A stretch of DNA of 64,000 nucleotides from Mobula hypostoma (taxonomy: Eukaryota), in NCBI RefSeq assembly GCF_963921235.1, contig NC_086097.1, positions 74,278,001 to 74,342,000 of the forward strand, written 5' to 3'. The translations under genes and the position numbers were made by a program. Below the pieces are notes generated by a model that was not told the origin of the DNA, did no database searches, and saw nothing but the letters and a program-made list of their open reading frames with translations. This document shows, in pieces, positions 13,238 through 24,916 of the stretch (the stretch's first letter is position 1; each line of letters starts with the position of its first letter).

Positions 13238-14334
13238 ATCTTCTTCTTCCCATTCAGCTGGCAAGATCAAAACCATCAACACATTCAGCCTACCAGTCAT
13301 CAGAAACCCAGCCGCAATAGTGTGTTGACCAAGGAACGAACTGGAAACTTTTGACATCAAGACCTGGAAACTACTAACTGTACATGGAGGATTCCATCCG
13401 AAGTCCAACGTCGAGTGACTGTACACCCGCCAGAATAAGAGAGGACGGGGACTTGGAAGTGTCAATGCCACAGTCCTGGGACGAAATGCAAAACAGCCAT
13501 GAGTATGTCAGGAAGATGGCCACTGAGGATGACCTGCTAGAAGAATACCTCAGTCAGCAGGCCAAGGCAGGACAAGCCACTACATGGGGCGTACTATCAC
13601 CAGATATCAGAGGTGGCTAACATAAGGAAGTCCTACCCAGGGCTGAGGGACAGACAGAGGTGCAGCTCATGGCTGCACAAGAACAGGCACTGAGCACAAG
13701 AGTAATAGAAGCAGGGTCTATCACACCAGACAAGATCCAAGATGCAGACTGTGCAAGGAACCCACTGAGACCTTCCAGCAGGGTGCAAGATGCAGCCAGG
13801 GACAGCATAGACCGAACAGCACAACCAAGCTGCAGGCATTGTGTACAGGAACATCTGTGCTGAGTATGGATTGGACACTCTCAAGTCCAAATGGGAAACC
13901 CCCAAGGAGGTATTGGAGAATGACAGAGTTGAGATCCTGTGGGACTTTCAAATAGAGGCTGATAAGTAGGTACTGGACAACCAACCGGACATAGTAGTAT
14001 TGGACAAGGAACTGAAGAAAGCAATAGTAATAGTTCTGGCAATCCCGAATGACAGTAACATCAGGAAGAAAAAATATGAGTAGCTGGAAAAATACCAGCG
14101 CTTGAAAGAGCAGATAGAAAGGACGTGTAAGGTTAAAGCCAGAGTAATCCTGGTGGTGATAGGATCACTTGGAGCTGTAACACCTGGACTGGGAGAGCGG
14201 CTCCAAAAAGTCCCGGACTGAGATCTTGGTCCAGAAGAGTGCACTACTAGGAACAACAAGGATACTGCCCAGAGGACCCGAGATTGAGGGAAAATTACAC
14301 ATACACACCACTCATAAGGGGTGAGGAAAAAAAG
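13238..14334 (+). mobile_element. R4-clade (Dong/Rex6-like) non-LTR retrotransposon, 3' part with restriction-like endonuclease
   Basis: Frameshifted translation gives HGGFHPKSNV..LY..GRGL, LMAAQEQALST, RCRLCK, HNQAAGIVYRNIC, ILWDFQI, QPDIVVLDK and VVIGSLGAV. Flanked by ATATATG at 13231-13237 and 14335-14341. Confidence 0.88.
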
Positions 14335-14629
14335 ATATATGTATATACACACACTTACCAACAATAATATTACTACATTTGAATTGAGGATGGCACTTCA
14401 CTGCCTTGTCAGAAATCAATGGTATTATTTTATTTCATCTGGTAACCTGAGAGATTCACTGTGCTTGAATAGGTGCAGTATCCCTGCTACCAACAGTGGT
14501 CCTTTGTGTTGTCCTTCTCACGTATCAGATTGGAAATATTAACATTAGCATACATGTGAATTAAAATGTTGAGGTCAGAGGGGAAGAATTGCATTAAAAC
14601 AATTGACCGGCCTGTATTTCATCAGAGAA

Positions 14630-15315
14630 TGTATTATGATTGTAACCCTGAGCTTCCTGTTCCCTGCTGTTTTATTTCTTCACCCTGCTCCCACTCTTGG
14701 TCTGAGAGCCCTGCACTGTTACGTTCTGAAGCCCAGCACAAGATTGAGGAGCAGCACCTCACATTCTGGGCGTTTTGCAGCCTTCATGACTTAATATTGA
14801 GTTCTACAGCTTCAATAGCTTGCCTTCATTAGCTGTAACAAATGCCTAGCTACGGAATTGGCTCAGTTTGTTTATTTTGTCCCCTTTTTGCTTTTTCATT
14901 CCTCTAGAAGTGGGATATATACCACCCTGACCTGCTGGGCAAGTCTTCCTGCTCGGCAATTCACACTATCACAGTTTTTTGTCTGTGATCTCTTCTCCAC
15001 ATCCTCACTCTCTTACTGATCTGATTCATTCATCGACCAAATAACCTTGTGTTACAGCTAATCACGATGGTCACCCCCATAAGAGACATCCTCCTTCCCC
15101 AACTTCCCTACAACTTTTCAAAAACTATGTTTTTCTAATCACAGATGCACCCAGAGCTGCTGAGTAACTCCCGTAAGAGACGTCCTCCTTCACCAATTTT
15201 CCTATAGCTTTACAAAAACTATGTTTTTCTAATCACAGATGCACCCAGAGCTGCTGAGTATTTTCAGCACCTTTTGTTACTTTAGACTTCCCATATCTGC
15301 AGTTTTCTTGATTTC
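14630..15315 (+). mobile_element. Old Penelope-like 3' remnant (GIY-YIG C-terminus plus tail)
   Basis: Encodes ELPV...SEAQHKIEEQHLTF. Tail is cagatgc...ctgctgagtattttcagc...catatctgcag. Confidence 0.7.
15080..15260. repeat. 94-bp tandem duplication
   Basis: taagagac...aaaactatgtttttctaatcacagatgcacccagagctgctgagta starts at 15080 and again at 15174. Confidence 0.9.
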
Positions 15316-15849
15316 CAATGCGGGTATCTCCACAAGGATGTAACTAGCACCAGCAGAGCAATAATCCTTATTAACAAGGATCATTGCAGATTACAAACCT
15401 GAGAAGATCTGCAGATGCTGGAAGTCCGAGCAACACACACAAAATGCTGAAGGAACTCAGCAGGTCAGGCAGTATATGGAAAAGAGTACAGTCAACATTT
15501 CGGGTTGAGACCCTTCGGCAGGACTGGAGAAAAAAAGCTGAGGAGTAGATTTAAAAGCTGGGAGGAGGGGAGAGAGAAACTGGGATGGAGAGGGATGAAG
15601 TAAAGAGCTGGGAAGTTGATTGGTGAAAGAGATGCAGGGCTGGAGAAGGAGAAGTCTGATAGAAGAGGACAGAAGACTATGGAAGAAAGAAAATGGTGGA
15701 GGAGAAACCAGAGGGAGGTGATGGGTGGGCAAGGAGATAAGGGATGAGAGGAAAAAGGGGATGGGGAATAGTGGAGGAGATGGCGGCATTACCGGAAGTT
15801 CGAGAAATCGATGTTCATGCCATCAGGTTGCAGGCTACCCAACAGAATA

Positions 15850-18666
15850 TAGAACATAGAAAACCTACAGCACAATACAAGCCCTTCCACCCACAATGCT
15901 GTGCTGAACATGTACTTGCTTTAGAAATTACCTAGGGTTACCCATAGCCCTCTATTTCTCTGAGCTCCATGTACATATCCAGGAGTCTCTTAAAAGACCC
16001 TATCGTATCCGCCTCCATCACTGTCGCTGGCAGCCTAATCCGTGCACTCACTACTCTCTGTGTAAAAAAACTTACCCCTGACATCTCCTCTGTACCTACT
16101 TCCAAGCACTTTAAAACTGTGCCCTCTCATGTTAGCCATTTCAGTCCTGGATAAAAGCCTCTGACTATCCACACAATCAATGCCTCTCATCATCTTATAC
16201 ACCTCTATCAGGTCACCTTTCATCCTCCATCACTCCAAAGAGAAAAGACCGAGTTCACTCAACCTATTCTCATAAGGCATGCTCCCCAATCCAGGCAACA
16301 TCCTTCTAAATCTCCTCTGCACCCTTTTTATAGTTTCCACATCCTACCTGTAGTGAGGTGACCAGAACTGAGCACAGTACTCCAAATGGGGTCTGACCAG
16401 GGTCCTATTTAGCTGCAACATTACCTCTCGGCTCTTAAACTCAATCCCACGGTTGATGAAGGCCAATGTACTGTATGCCTTCTTAACCATAGAGTCATCC
16501 TGCACAGCAGCTTTGAGTGTCCTATAGACTCAGACCATAAGATCCCTCTGATCCTCTACACTGCCAAGAGTCTTACCATTAATACTATATTCTGCCATCA
16601 TATTTGACCTACCAAAATGAACCACCTCACACTTATCTGGGTTGAACTCCATCTGCCACTTCTTAGCATAGTTTTGCATCATATTACTGTCCCGCTGTAA
16701 CCTCTGAAAGCCCTCCACACTATCCACAATACCCCCAACCTATGTGCCATGAGCAAATTTACTAGCCTATCCCTCCACTTCCTCATCCAGGTCATTCATA
16801 AAAATCACAAAGAGAAGAGTCCCAGAACAGATTCCTGAGGCACACCACTGGTTACCAACCTCCATGCAGAATATGACCTGCCTACAACCACTCTTTGCCT
16901 TTTGTGGGCAAGCCAGTTCTGGATTCACAAAGCAAGGTCCCCTTGGATCCCATGCCTCCATACTTTCTCAATAAGCCTTGCATGGGATACCTTATCAAAC
17001 GCCATGCTGAAATCCATACACACTACATTTACTGCTGTACCTTCATCAACGTGCTTAGTCACATCCTCAAGAAATTCAGTAAGGTTTGTAAGGCACGACA
17101 AAGCTATGCTGACTATTCCTATTCATATTATGCCTCTCCAAATGTTCATAAATCCTGCCTCTCAAGATCTTTTCCATCAACTTACCAACCACTGAAGTAA
17201 GACTCACTGGTCTATAATTTCCTGGGCTACCTCTACTCCCTTTCTTGAATAAGGGAACAACATCTACAACCCTCCAATCCTCCGGAACCTCATCCATGTC
17301 CCCATGGATGATGCAAAGATCATTGCCAGAGGCTCGGCAATTCCTCCCTCGCCTCCCACTGCAAACTGGGGCACATCTCGTCCAGTCCCAGAGACTTATC
17401 CAACTTGATGCTTTTCAAAAGCTCCAGCACATCCTCTTTCTTAATGTCAATATGCTCAAACTTTTCAATCTGCTGTAGGTCATCCCTACAATCGCCAAGA
17501 TCCTTTTCTGTAGTGAATACTGAAGCAAAGTATTCATTAAGTACCTCTGCTATCTATCCTTTTCTGTAGTGAATACTGAAGCAAAGTATTAACTAAGTAC
17601 CTCTGCTATCTCGTCCGGTTCCATACGTACTTTTCCACTGTCACACTTGATAGGTCCTATTCTCTCATGTCTTATCCTCTTGCTCTTTACATACTTTTAG
17701 AATACCTTGGGGTTTTCATTAATCCTGCTCACCAAGGCCTTCTCATGGCCCCTTCTGGCTCTCCTAATTTAATTCTTAAGCTCATTCCTGCTAGCCTTAT
17801 AATCTTCCAGATCTCTATCATTACCTAGTTTTTTGAACCTTTTGTAAGCTTTTCTTTTCTTCTTGACTAGATTATCAACAGCCTTTGTACACCATGGTTC
17901 CTGTACCCTACCATCCTTTCCCTGTCTCATTGGAACATACTTATGCAGAATACCACTCAAATATCCCCTGAACATTTCCCTGATAACTTCTGTTCCCAAT
18001 TTATACTTCCAAGTTCCTGCCTGATAGCTTCATATTTCCCCTTACTCCAATTAAACACTTTCCTAACTTGTCTGTTTCTATTCCTCTCCAATTCGATGGT
18101 AAAGGAGATAGAATTATGATCACTATCTCCAAAATGCTCTCCCACTGAGAGATCTGACACCTGATCAGGTTAATTTCAAAATACCAGATCAAGTACAGCT
18201 GCTCCTGTGTCAGGAAACCATCTTGAACACATATAACAAACTCCACCCCATCTAAACCCCTTGCTCTAAGGAGATGCTAATCAATATCTGGGAAATTAAA
18301 ATCTCTCACCATGACAACCCTGTTATTATTACACCTTTCCAGAATCTGTCTTCCTGTCTGCTCCTCGATGTCCCTGTTACTATTGGGTGGTCTATAAAAA
18401 ACACCCATTAGAGTTATTGCCCCCTTCCTCTTTCTAACTTCCACCCACAGAGACTCAATAGACAATCCTTCCATGACTTCCTCCTTTTCTGCAGCTGTGA
18501 CACTATCTTTGATTAGCAGTGCCATGCCCCCACCTCTCTTGCCTCTGTCCCTGTCCTTTCTGAAACATCCGAAGCCTGGCACTCTAAGTAACCATTCCTG
18601 CCCCTGAGCCATCCAAGTGTCTGTAACAACATGTCAAGTGTCTGTCTGTAACAACATCATAGCTCC
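15850..18666 (-). mobile_element. CR1/HER1-like LINE, 5'-truncated in the EN domain, nested in Penelope
   Basis: GVFYRPPN, DFNFPDI and SDHN (APE endonuclease) plus NYRPVSLTSVVGK and RT motifs. Near-colinear with 252-2625. Confidence 0.93.
17500..17611. repeat. 56-bp tandem duplication inside CR1
   Basis: atccttttctgtagtgaatactgaagcaaagtatt...tacctctgctatct starts at 17500 and 17556. The copy near 1840 has one unit. Confidence 0.92.
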
Positions 18667-19604
18667 ATAAGGTTTTGTTCCTCCAACCTAAGTGTGGCCT
18701 CATCATGCCAGTGGAGGAGGTCATGGGTAGACATATCAGAATGGGAATAGGAGTGCAATTAAAATGAGCGGCCACTGGTAGATCCCGCTTTTTCTGGCAG
18801 AAGGAATGTTGGTGTTCGGCGAAGCGGGTCTCCCAATCTACGTCAAATTTCACTGATATACAGAAGGCCGCACCGGGAGCACCAAACACAGACTTTGACC
18901 CCAACAGACCCACAGGTGAACTGTTACCTCGCTTGGAAGGACTGTTGGGGCCCTTGAATGGTCATGAGGGAGGAAATATAGGGCAGGTATAGCACTTGTT
19001 CCGTTTGCAAGAGTAAGTGCCAGGAGGGAAATCAGTGGGGAGGGATGAATGCACAAGGGAGTCGCGTAGGGAGCAATCCCTGCGGAAAGCAGAAAGTTGG
19101 GGGGAGGGGGAGAGAAAAATCTACTGCTCAGCTTTTTTTCTCCAGTCCTGTCGAGGGGTCGCAGTCCAAAATCTCAACTGTACTCTTTTCTGTAGATGCT
19201 ATCTGGCCTGTTGAATTCCTCCAGCATTTTGTCATCATTGCATCATTGCATATTACCCGGTTTAATGGAGAGGATCTGTCCCTAGAAAATCGATATCTGA
19301 ATTGCTTTCTTTCTTCTTCTAATGTGCCCATTTGGGGTGAGGGATGACCTTCACTACTCCATTTGGAGAATAGAGAGTACCTGGTGCATAATTGCTTTTC
19401 ATCTGGGATGATTATTATACACCAATCATCTTGTGGACACAAAACCCTTGTCCAGTGGCAGGGAGGTCAAAGAGCAAAGGATATCAGCTCAGTTGTGTAA
19501 AACAATCTGTGTGTGGGCACAGTAGCAATAAACCTGTATCAGCAGCCTGTGGGCTTTCCATCTGCACACCATCTATCTTGACCACAAACTACTTTAACCC
19601 ATGA

Positions 19605-21655
19605 CTCCGAATCGGAATCTGGTTTATTATCACTGATATATGTCCTGAAATTTGCAGTAGTGCTGAGCAAGGCAAAAAATACTATAATTTACAACAGATA
19701 GATAGATAAATGACTAAGCGCATACATAGCTACATACAGACATAGTGCGAAAGAGAAATAGTGAAGTAGTGTTCATTGGTTCATAGACCATTTAGAAATC
19801 AAATGGCAAGAGGAAAGAAGCTTTTCCTAAAATGTTGTGTGTGGATCTCCAGCTCTGATCCCCCAGGGAGGACTAGCTCATGGACCTCTGGTTTCCTCCT
19901 TCTGAAGTCAATAATCAGCTCCTTGTTCTTACTAACATTGATTAAGAGGTTGTTGCTGTGGCACCACAGAACCAGATTTTCAATCGCCTTTCTTTCTGCT
20001 GATTTGTCACCAGCTTTGATTCAATCTAGGACAGTGGTGTCATCAGCAAGTTTGAATGTGGCATTGGAGCTATGCTTAGCCTCACAGTCATAAGCGCAAA
20101 GCAAGTAGAGCAGGGGCTAAGCACATAGCCTTGGAGTGCACCTGTGCTGATGGAGATTGTGGAGGGGATATTGTTGCCAATCTAAACTGACTGAGGTCAG
20201 CAAGTAAGGAAATCAAGGATTCTATTACACAAGGAGATATTGAGGCCAAGGTCTTGAAGCTTATTGATTAGTTTTGACTGGTATTGCATGCTGAGCCGAG
20301 ATTGGTAAAGATCATCCTGATGTATGCATTTTTGCTGTCCAGTTGTTCCAGGATTGAGTGAAGAGTCAATGAGATGGCATCTTCCTCCTCCTGATCTTGT
20401 ATGCTCTGCTTCCAATTCAAACCCAAAGAAGGATGAACCCTCATTTAAGGTACAAAGTGAGAAGTGCCCAAAGTTACCCAACTTGGAGACACTTGGGTGT
20501 TCTCCGCTAAATAAGAGCAGACAAGGGCTGAAATGTGTACCAAGTGCATCAGTGGCTCAGTGTTCAACAGAAGGTATCACAGAAACAACTGCGCAGCCCT
20601 CACTTGCTGCACCAGACTGAGGTGATAAGTTACCACTGGATAATAGTTTGACTGAGATGCTGAGTCTGGACGGAGCAGCCACGAGGCAGAGTCAGTCTGA
20701 ATGTGGACAAGACAGTCGTCGGACTGTGGGGAGAATCTGAGGAGAGTAGCAAGGAGAATAGAAATACAGTGCAATATATTTCAGAACACAGGTGGACACA
20801 TGGTGCAACACATACCAGAGGTCTCCAAGAGTCTGAGCCAAGAACCTATTGACACTTCAGAAGAACTAGACCCAGATACAGCTGTAAATTCAGGGCCAGC
20901 GCCTTGGGCTACTGGTTCTAGCACTCCTGAAAGAGATACAGGGCTGGAGAAGGGGGAGTCTGATAGAAGAGGGCACAAGCCCTCTGGTGCTCCTCCCCTC
21001 TTTTCTTTCTTCCATGGCCTTCTGTCTTCTTCTGTATGACTCCCCCTTCTCTGTCCCTGTATCACTTTCACCAATCAACTTCTCAGCTCTTTACTTCACA
21101 CCCCTCCCCCTTCAAGTTTCTCTCTCCCCTCTTCCCACCTTTTAAATCTATTCCTCAGCTTTTTTCCTCCATTCCTGCTGAAGGATCTCGGCCCAAATAT
21201 CAACTGTATGCTTTTCCATAGATGCTGCCAACCCTGCTGAATTCCTCCTGCATTCTGTGTGTGTTACTTGGATTTCCAGCATCTGCGGATATTCTATTGT
21301 TTTCTCCACATTTCATGCCTGGTTTTCTGGTACAGACCTGGGTCACCACACGTGAATGCCACAGATCTAGCCCTCAGCAGACTACGGACCTCTTGGTTCA
21401 TCCATGGCTTTTGATTTGGATACGTGCAGTAAGTTCCCATAGGCACATGCTCATTCACCCAGGTTTTAATGAAGCCAGTGACAGCTGTGGCATACTCATT
21501 CAGATTCAAAAATGAATCCCTGAATATTGATTCAATACAGCACTCCTGCACCTCCCTTGTCTATATCCTCTTGATCCTCACAACTGGTGCTGCTGTCTTC
21601 AGTCTGTGCCTATATTCAGAGAGTGGAAGTACAGCCAGGTGACTAGACTTCCCAA
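19605..21655 (-). mobile_element. Rex1/Babar LINE, rearranged, with inserts at ~20382-21302
   Basis: Encodes YPNQKPWMNQEVRSLL, KLINKLQDLGL..LCNRILDFLT, TGALQGYVLSPCSTC-like and KLADDTTV. Tail is gaatcggaatctggtttattatcactga. Confidence 0.82.
20929..21302 (+). mobile_element. Penelope-like pLTR fragment with a 5' inverted hairpin
   Basis: 20985-21300 is the reverse complement of 15405-15720. 20929-20983 is an inverted copy of about 21015-21070. Confidence 0.88.
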
Positions 21656-21829
21656 AAATGTGTGGTTTGTTAGGTTAATTGTCCCCCGTAGATGGGTGAT
21701 AGAAGAATCAAGTTGGAGTCAACAGGCTGATGAAAGAGAATAGGGCACAAGATGATAAGTTACGGTAGGGAGCTGTTGAGAATACACTGAGTGCTGGGCT
21801 GAACAATTTCCTCCTATGTAAAAAAATAT

Positions 21830-22085
21830 GGAATGACAAGAAATTTGTTCATCCATAGGCTGGTGATTCTTTGAAATCCTTTACCCCTGAGGGCTGTGGA
21901 GACTCAGTCACTGACTGTATTTAAATGGGAGATGATTAATGTCTGGACAGTGAGACAGAGTGAAATGATATGGGGATAGTGTAGGAAGATGGCACTGAGG
22001 CAGAAATTCAGCCTTGAGCTTGATGAGAGATGGAAAGAACAGTCTCAAAGGGCCCAATGGCCTGCTTCGGCTCCTTTTCCTTTGT
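21830..22085 (+). mobile_element. CR1 3' end fragment, preceded by a short V-SINE-like piece at ~21660-21820
   Basis: gggctgtggagactcagtc...tatttaa, then aagggcccaatggcctgcttcggctcc 3'UTR. Confidence 0.6.
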
Positions 22086-22409
22086 CTTCTGGATCACAAG
22101 TTTTCATACACCAAGAATACAACACTCCTGCTTTATCATGAATAACTTTAGAACTTGTTGTTTTCTAGAGTTTACAGACTTGATTTCACCCAGAACTGGG
22201 GATCACATTAAGGTCATGAGGTGAATCCACGTTAGTCATTGGGCTGGTGCTTGAAAAGCTGGTTCTCATCAGACAGAAAACATTCAATACGAAATTTAAG
22301 TCACCTTTTACGCTGCAAAGCATTAATATAACATTTTGTGCTCAAGTTATAGCCCAGTCATGATCATGCATAACCTCGAATTATGTGTAAATAACTGATA
22401 TATCAAAGA

Positions 22410-24150
22410 TGGAATTTGCATTTATATAGTTTCTTCCACAATTGCAGATGCCAAATGTTTCACAGCCAGTGAAATACAATCAAACAGTTTCCACAGCTGC
22501 AATATGGCAGATAATTTGAATATGTTGAACTCAGACAAAAAAAAAACAAACGGCATGAAGTTATTAAGACCAGCCCAAGAGGAGGAGAACACTGGTGTTT
22601 TGTTTCATCTATCAACCTGAGAACATAGTCATAGTCATACTTTATTGATCCCGGGGGAAATTGGTTTTTGTTACAGTTGCACCATAAATAATAAATAGTA
22701 ATAGAACCATAAATAGTTAAATAGTAATATGTAAATTATGCCAGTAAATTATGAAATAAGTCCAGGACCAGCCTATTGGCTCAGGGTGTCTGACCCTCCA
22801 AGGGAGGAGTTGTAAAGTTTGATGGCCACAGGCAGGAATGACTTCCTATGACGCTCTGTGTTGCATCTCGGTAGAATGAGTCTCTGGCTGAATGTACTCC
22901 TGTGCCCACCCAGTACATTATTTAGTGGATGGGAGACATTGACCAAGATGGCATGCAACTTGGACAGCGTCCTCTTTTCAGACACCACCGTCAGAGAGTC
23001 CAGTTCCATCCCCACAACATCACTGGCCTTACGAATGAGCTTGTTGACTGTGTTGGTGTCTGCTACCCTCAGCCTGCTGCCCCAGCACACAACAGCAAAC
23101 ATGATAGCACTGGCCACCACAGACTCGTAGAACATCCTCAGCATCGTCCGTCAGATGTTAAAGGACCTCAGTCTCCTCAGGAAATAGAGACGGCTCTGTC
23201 CCTTCTTGTAGACAGCCTCAGTGTTCTTTGACCAGTCCAGTTTATCATCTATTCGTATCCCCAGGTATTTGTAATCCTCCACCGTGTCCACACTGATCCC
23301 CTGGATGGAAACAGGGGTCACCTGAGGGCTCTACTCAGGTCGACCACCAGCTCCTTAGTCTTTTTCACATTAAGCTGCAGATAATTCTGATCACACCGTG
23401 TGACAAAGTTTCCTATCGTAGCCCTGTACTCAGCCTCATCTCCCTTGTTGATGCATCCAACTATGGCAGAGTCATCCGAAAACTTCTGAAGATGAGAAGA
23501 CTCTGTGCAGTAGTTGAAGTCTGAGGTGTAAATGGTGAAGAGAAAGGGAGACAAGACAGTCCCCTGCGGAGCCCCAGTGCTGCTGATCACTCTGTCAGAC
23601 ACACAATGTTGCAGGCACACGTACTGTGGTCTGCTAGTCAGGTAATCAAGAATCCATGACACCAGGGAAGCATCCACCTGCATCGCTGTCAGCTTCTCCC
23701 CCAGCAGAGCAGGGTGGATGGTGTTGAACGCACTGGAGAAGTCAAAAAACATGACCCTCACAGTGCTCGCTGGCTTGTCCAGATGGGCATAGACATGGTT
23801 CAGCAGGTAGACGATGGCATCCTCAACTCCTAGTTGGGGCTGGTAGGAGAGCTGGAGGGGATCTAAGTGTGGCCTGACCATAGGGCGGAGCAGCTCCAGA
23901 ACAAGTCTCTCCAGGGTCTTCATGATGTGGGAGGTCAATGCCACCGGTCTGTAGTCATTGAGGCCGCTGGGGTGCGGCATCTTCGGCACATCCAGGGGAC
24001 TTCAGAATGATACTTCATCTAAAACACAGCATGTCAAGCAGGCTCCAAGTCACATTGGAGAGTCAAGTGCGATTATATGGTCAGATTTGTGGAGGAAGAA
24101 GTGAAGCTGTTTGTCAGCTTCAGTGGAGGCAGTGTTATCACCAAACCAAA
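22410..24150 (-). mobile_element. Ancient Deu-domain SINE remnant (AmnSINE1/SacSINE1-like), split by the Rex/Babar insertion
   Basis: tttgcatttatatag...tttcacagccagtgaa...ggcagataatttg (22415-22520) and cacattggagagtcaag...cagtgttatc (24050-24140) follow the recalled Deu-SINE consensus order. Confidence 0.55.
22624..23990 (-). mobile_element. Rex1/Babar LINE, young, 5'-truncated
   Basis: 223-aa ORF with LNDYRPVALTSHIMKTLERL, FFDFSSAFNTI, TGAPQGTVLSPFLF and KFSDDSA. 123-aa C-terminal ORF. (TATGAC)n tail after AATAAA. Confidence 0.93.
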
Positions 24151-24274
24151 GCAAACATTTAGAGAACCAAAGGGTAGGAAATCAGAATATACAATATACT
24201 CTGATGTATAAACTATGAACATTTCACATTTAGAAATCTATATATTTATTGTGCAGTTCCAATACCTTTGTTAA

Positions 24275-24475
24275 TGTTGGGTCTGTGCACAGCTATGGGA
24301 AAATTAAGTAACAGCACAGACACCGGAGATGGCTTTAACTGGTGCATTCACATTGCAGAGAGAGAGAGAACAATGCACATGCATAGGCAACAGCGCATAC
24401 ACCGATAACAGATCAATACATAGTGCTAAGGGGGGGTGGGTCATTGAACTACAGGAAATAGATCCATACATTACA
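24275..24475 (-). repeat. 3' LTR of the Gypsy element, with PPT at 24476-24490
   Basis: Minus strand TGTAATG...CAACA, preceded by purine tract TAAAGAGGGAGGAAG. Similar to 27146-27353. Confidence 0.9.
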
Positions 24476-24652
24476 CTTCCTCCCTCTTTAGATTAATGCA
24501 ATATCAACTGTATATGTACAAAATATTCAATTTCCCTTTCATAAACCCATATTCCAAATAAACATGCTTTCACAATAACACTCCATAACAACTTCACAGT
24601 TCTAAAGGTTCAGTCTTTTAGGTGGTGCTCTGTTTCTTTCAGGATAGCGCAT

Positions 24653-24916
24653 CTGGACCTGTGGAGTGGCATCAGGATGGGCAGGAGTCTTGTCAACGAT
24701 AACGTACTCATTGAGTCTCTGGACCTGTGCAGTGGCATCAGGTTTGGCAGGTGTCTTGTCTAAGATAACATTCTTGTTGCACTTCTAGACCTGTGCAGTG
24801 GCATTAGGTTTGACAGGTGTCTTGTCTAAGATAACATTCTTGTTGCACTTCTAGACCTGTGCAGTGGCATTAGGTTTGACAGGTGTCTTGTCTAAGACAA
24901 TGTTCTTGGTTTCCAG
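24653..24916 (-). repeat. Four 66-bp in-frame tandem units in the integrase C-terminal tail
   Basis: Units start at 24653, 24719, 24785 and 24851. The peptide unit is approximately KNVILDKTPVKPNATAQVxKCN. Confidence 0.93.

Larger units (their letters stand above)
15400..19232 (-). mobile_element. Penelope-like element (GIY-YIG region and pLTR) with an inverted partial pLTR at its far end, split by a CR1 insertion
   Basis: Minus strand 18670-18930 gives VCVWCSRCGLLYISE, RFAEH and DLPVAAHFN. 19118-19232 is an inverted copy of 15438-15552. The halves join across 15850/18667 (cagaatata|aggt). Confidence 0.88.

Noticed and set aside
15400..19232. DNA transposon with ~115-bp TIRs
   Set aside because: There is no transposase, and the inverted ends are Penelope pLTR sequence next to GIY-YIG coding remnants.
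24653..24916. Regular repeats resembling a CRISPR array
   Set aside because: The units are contiguous 66-mers with no unique spacers, lie in Gypsy integrase coding sequence, and the DNA is eukaryotic.
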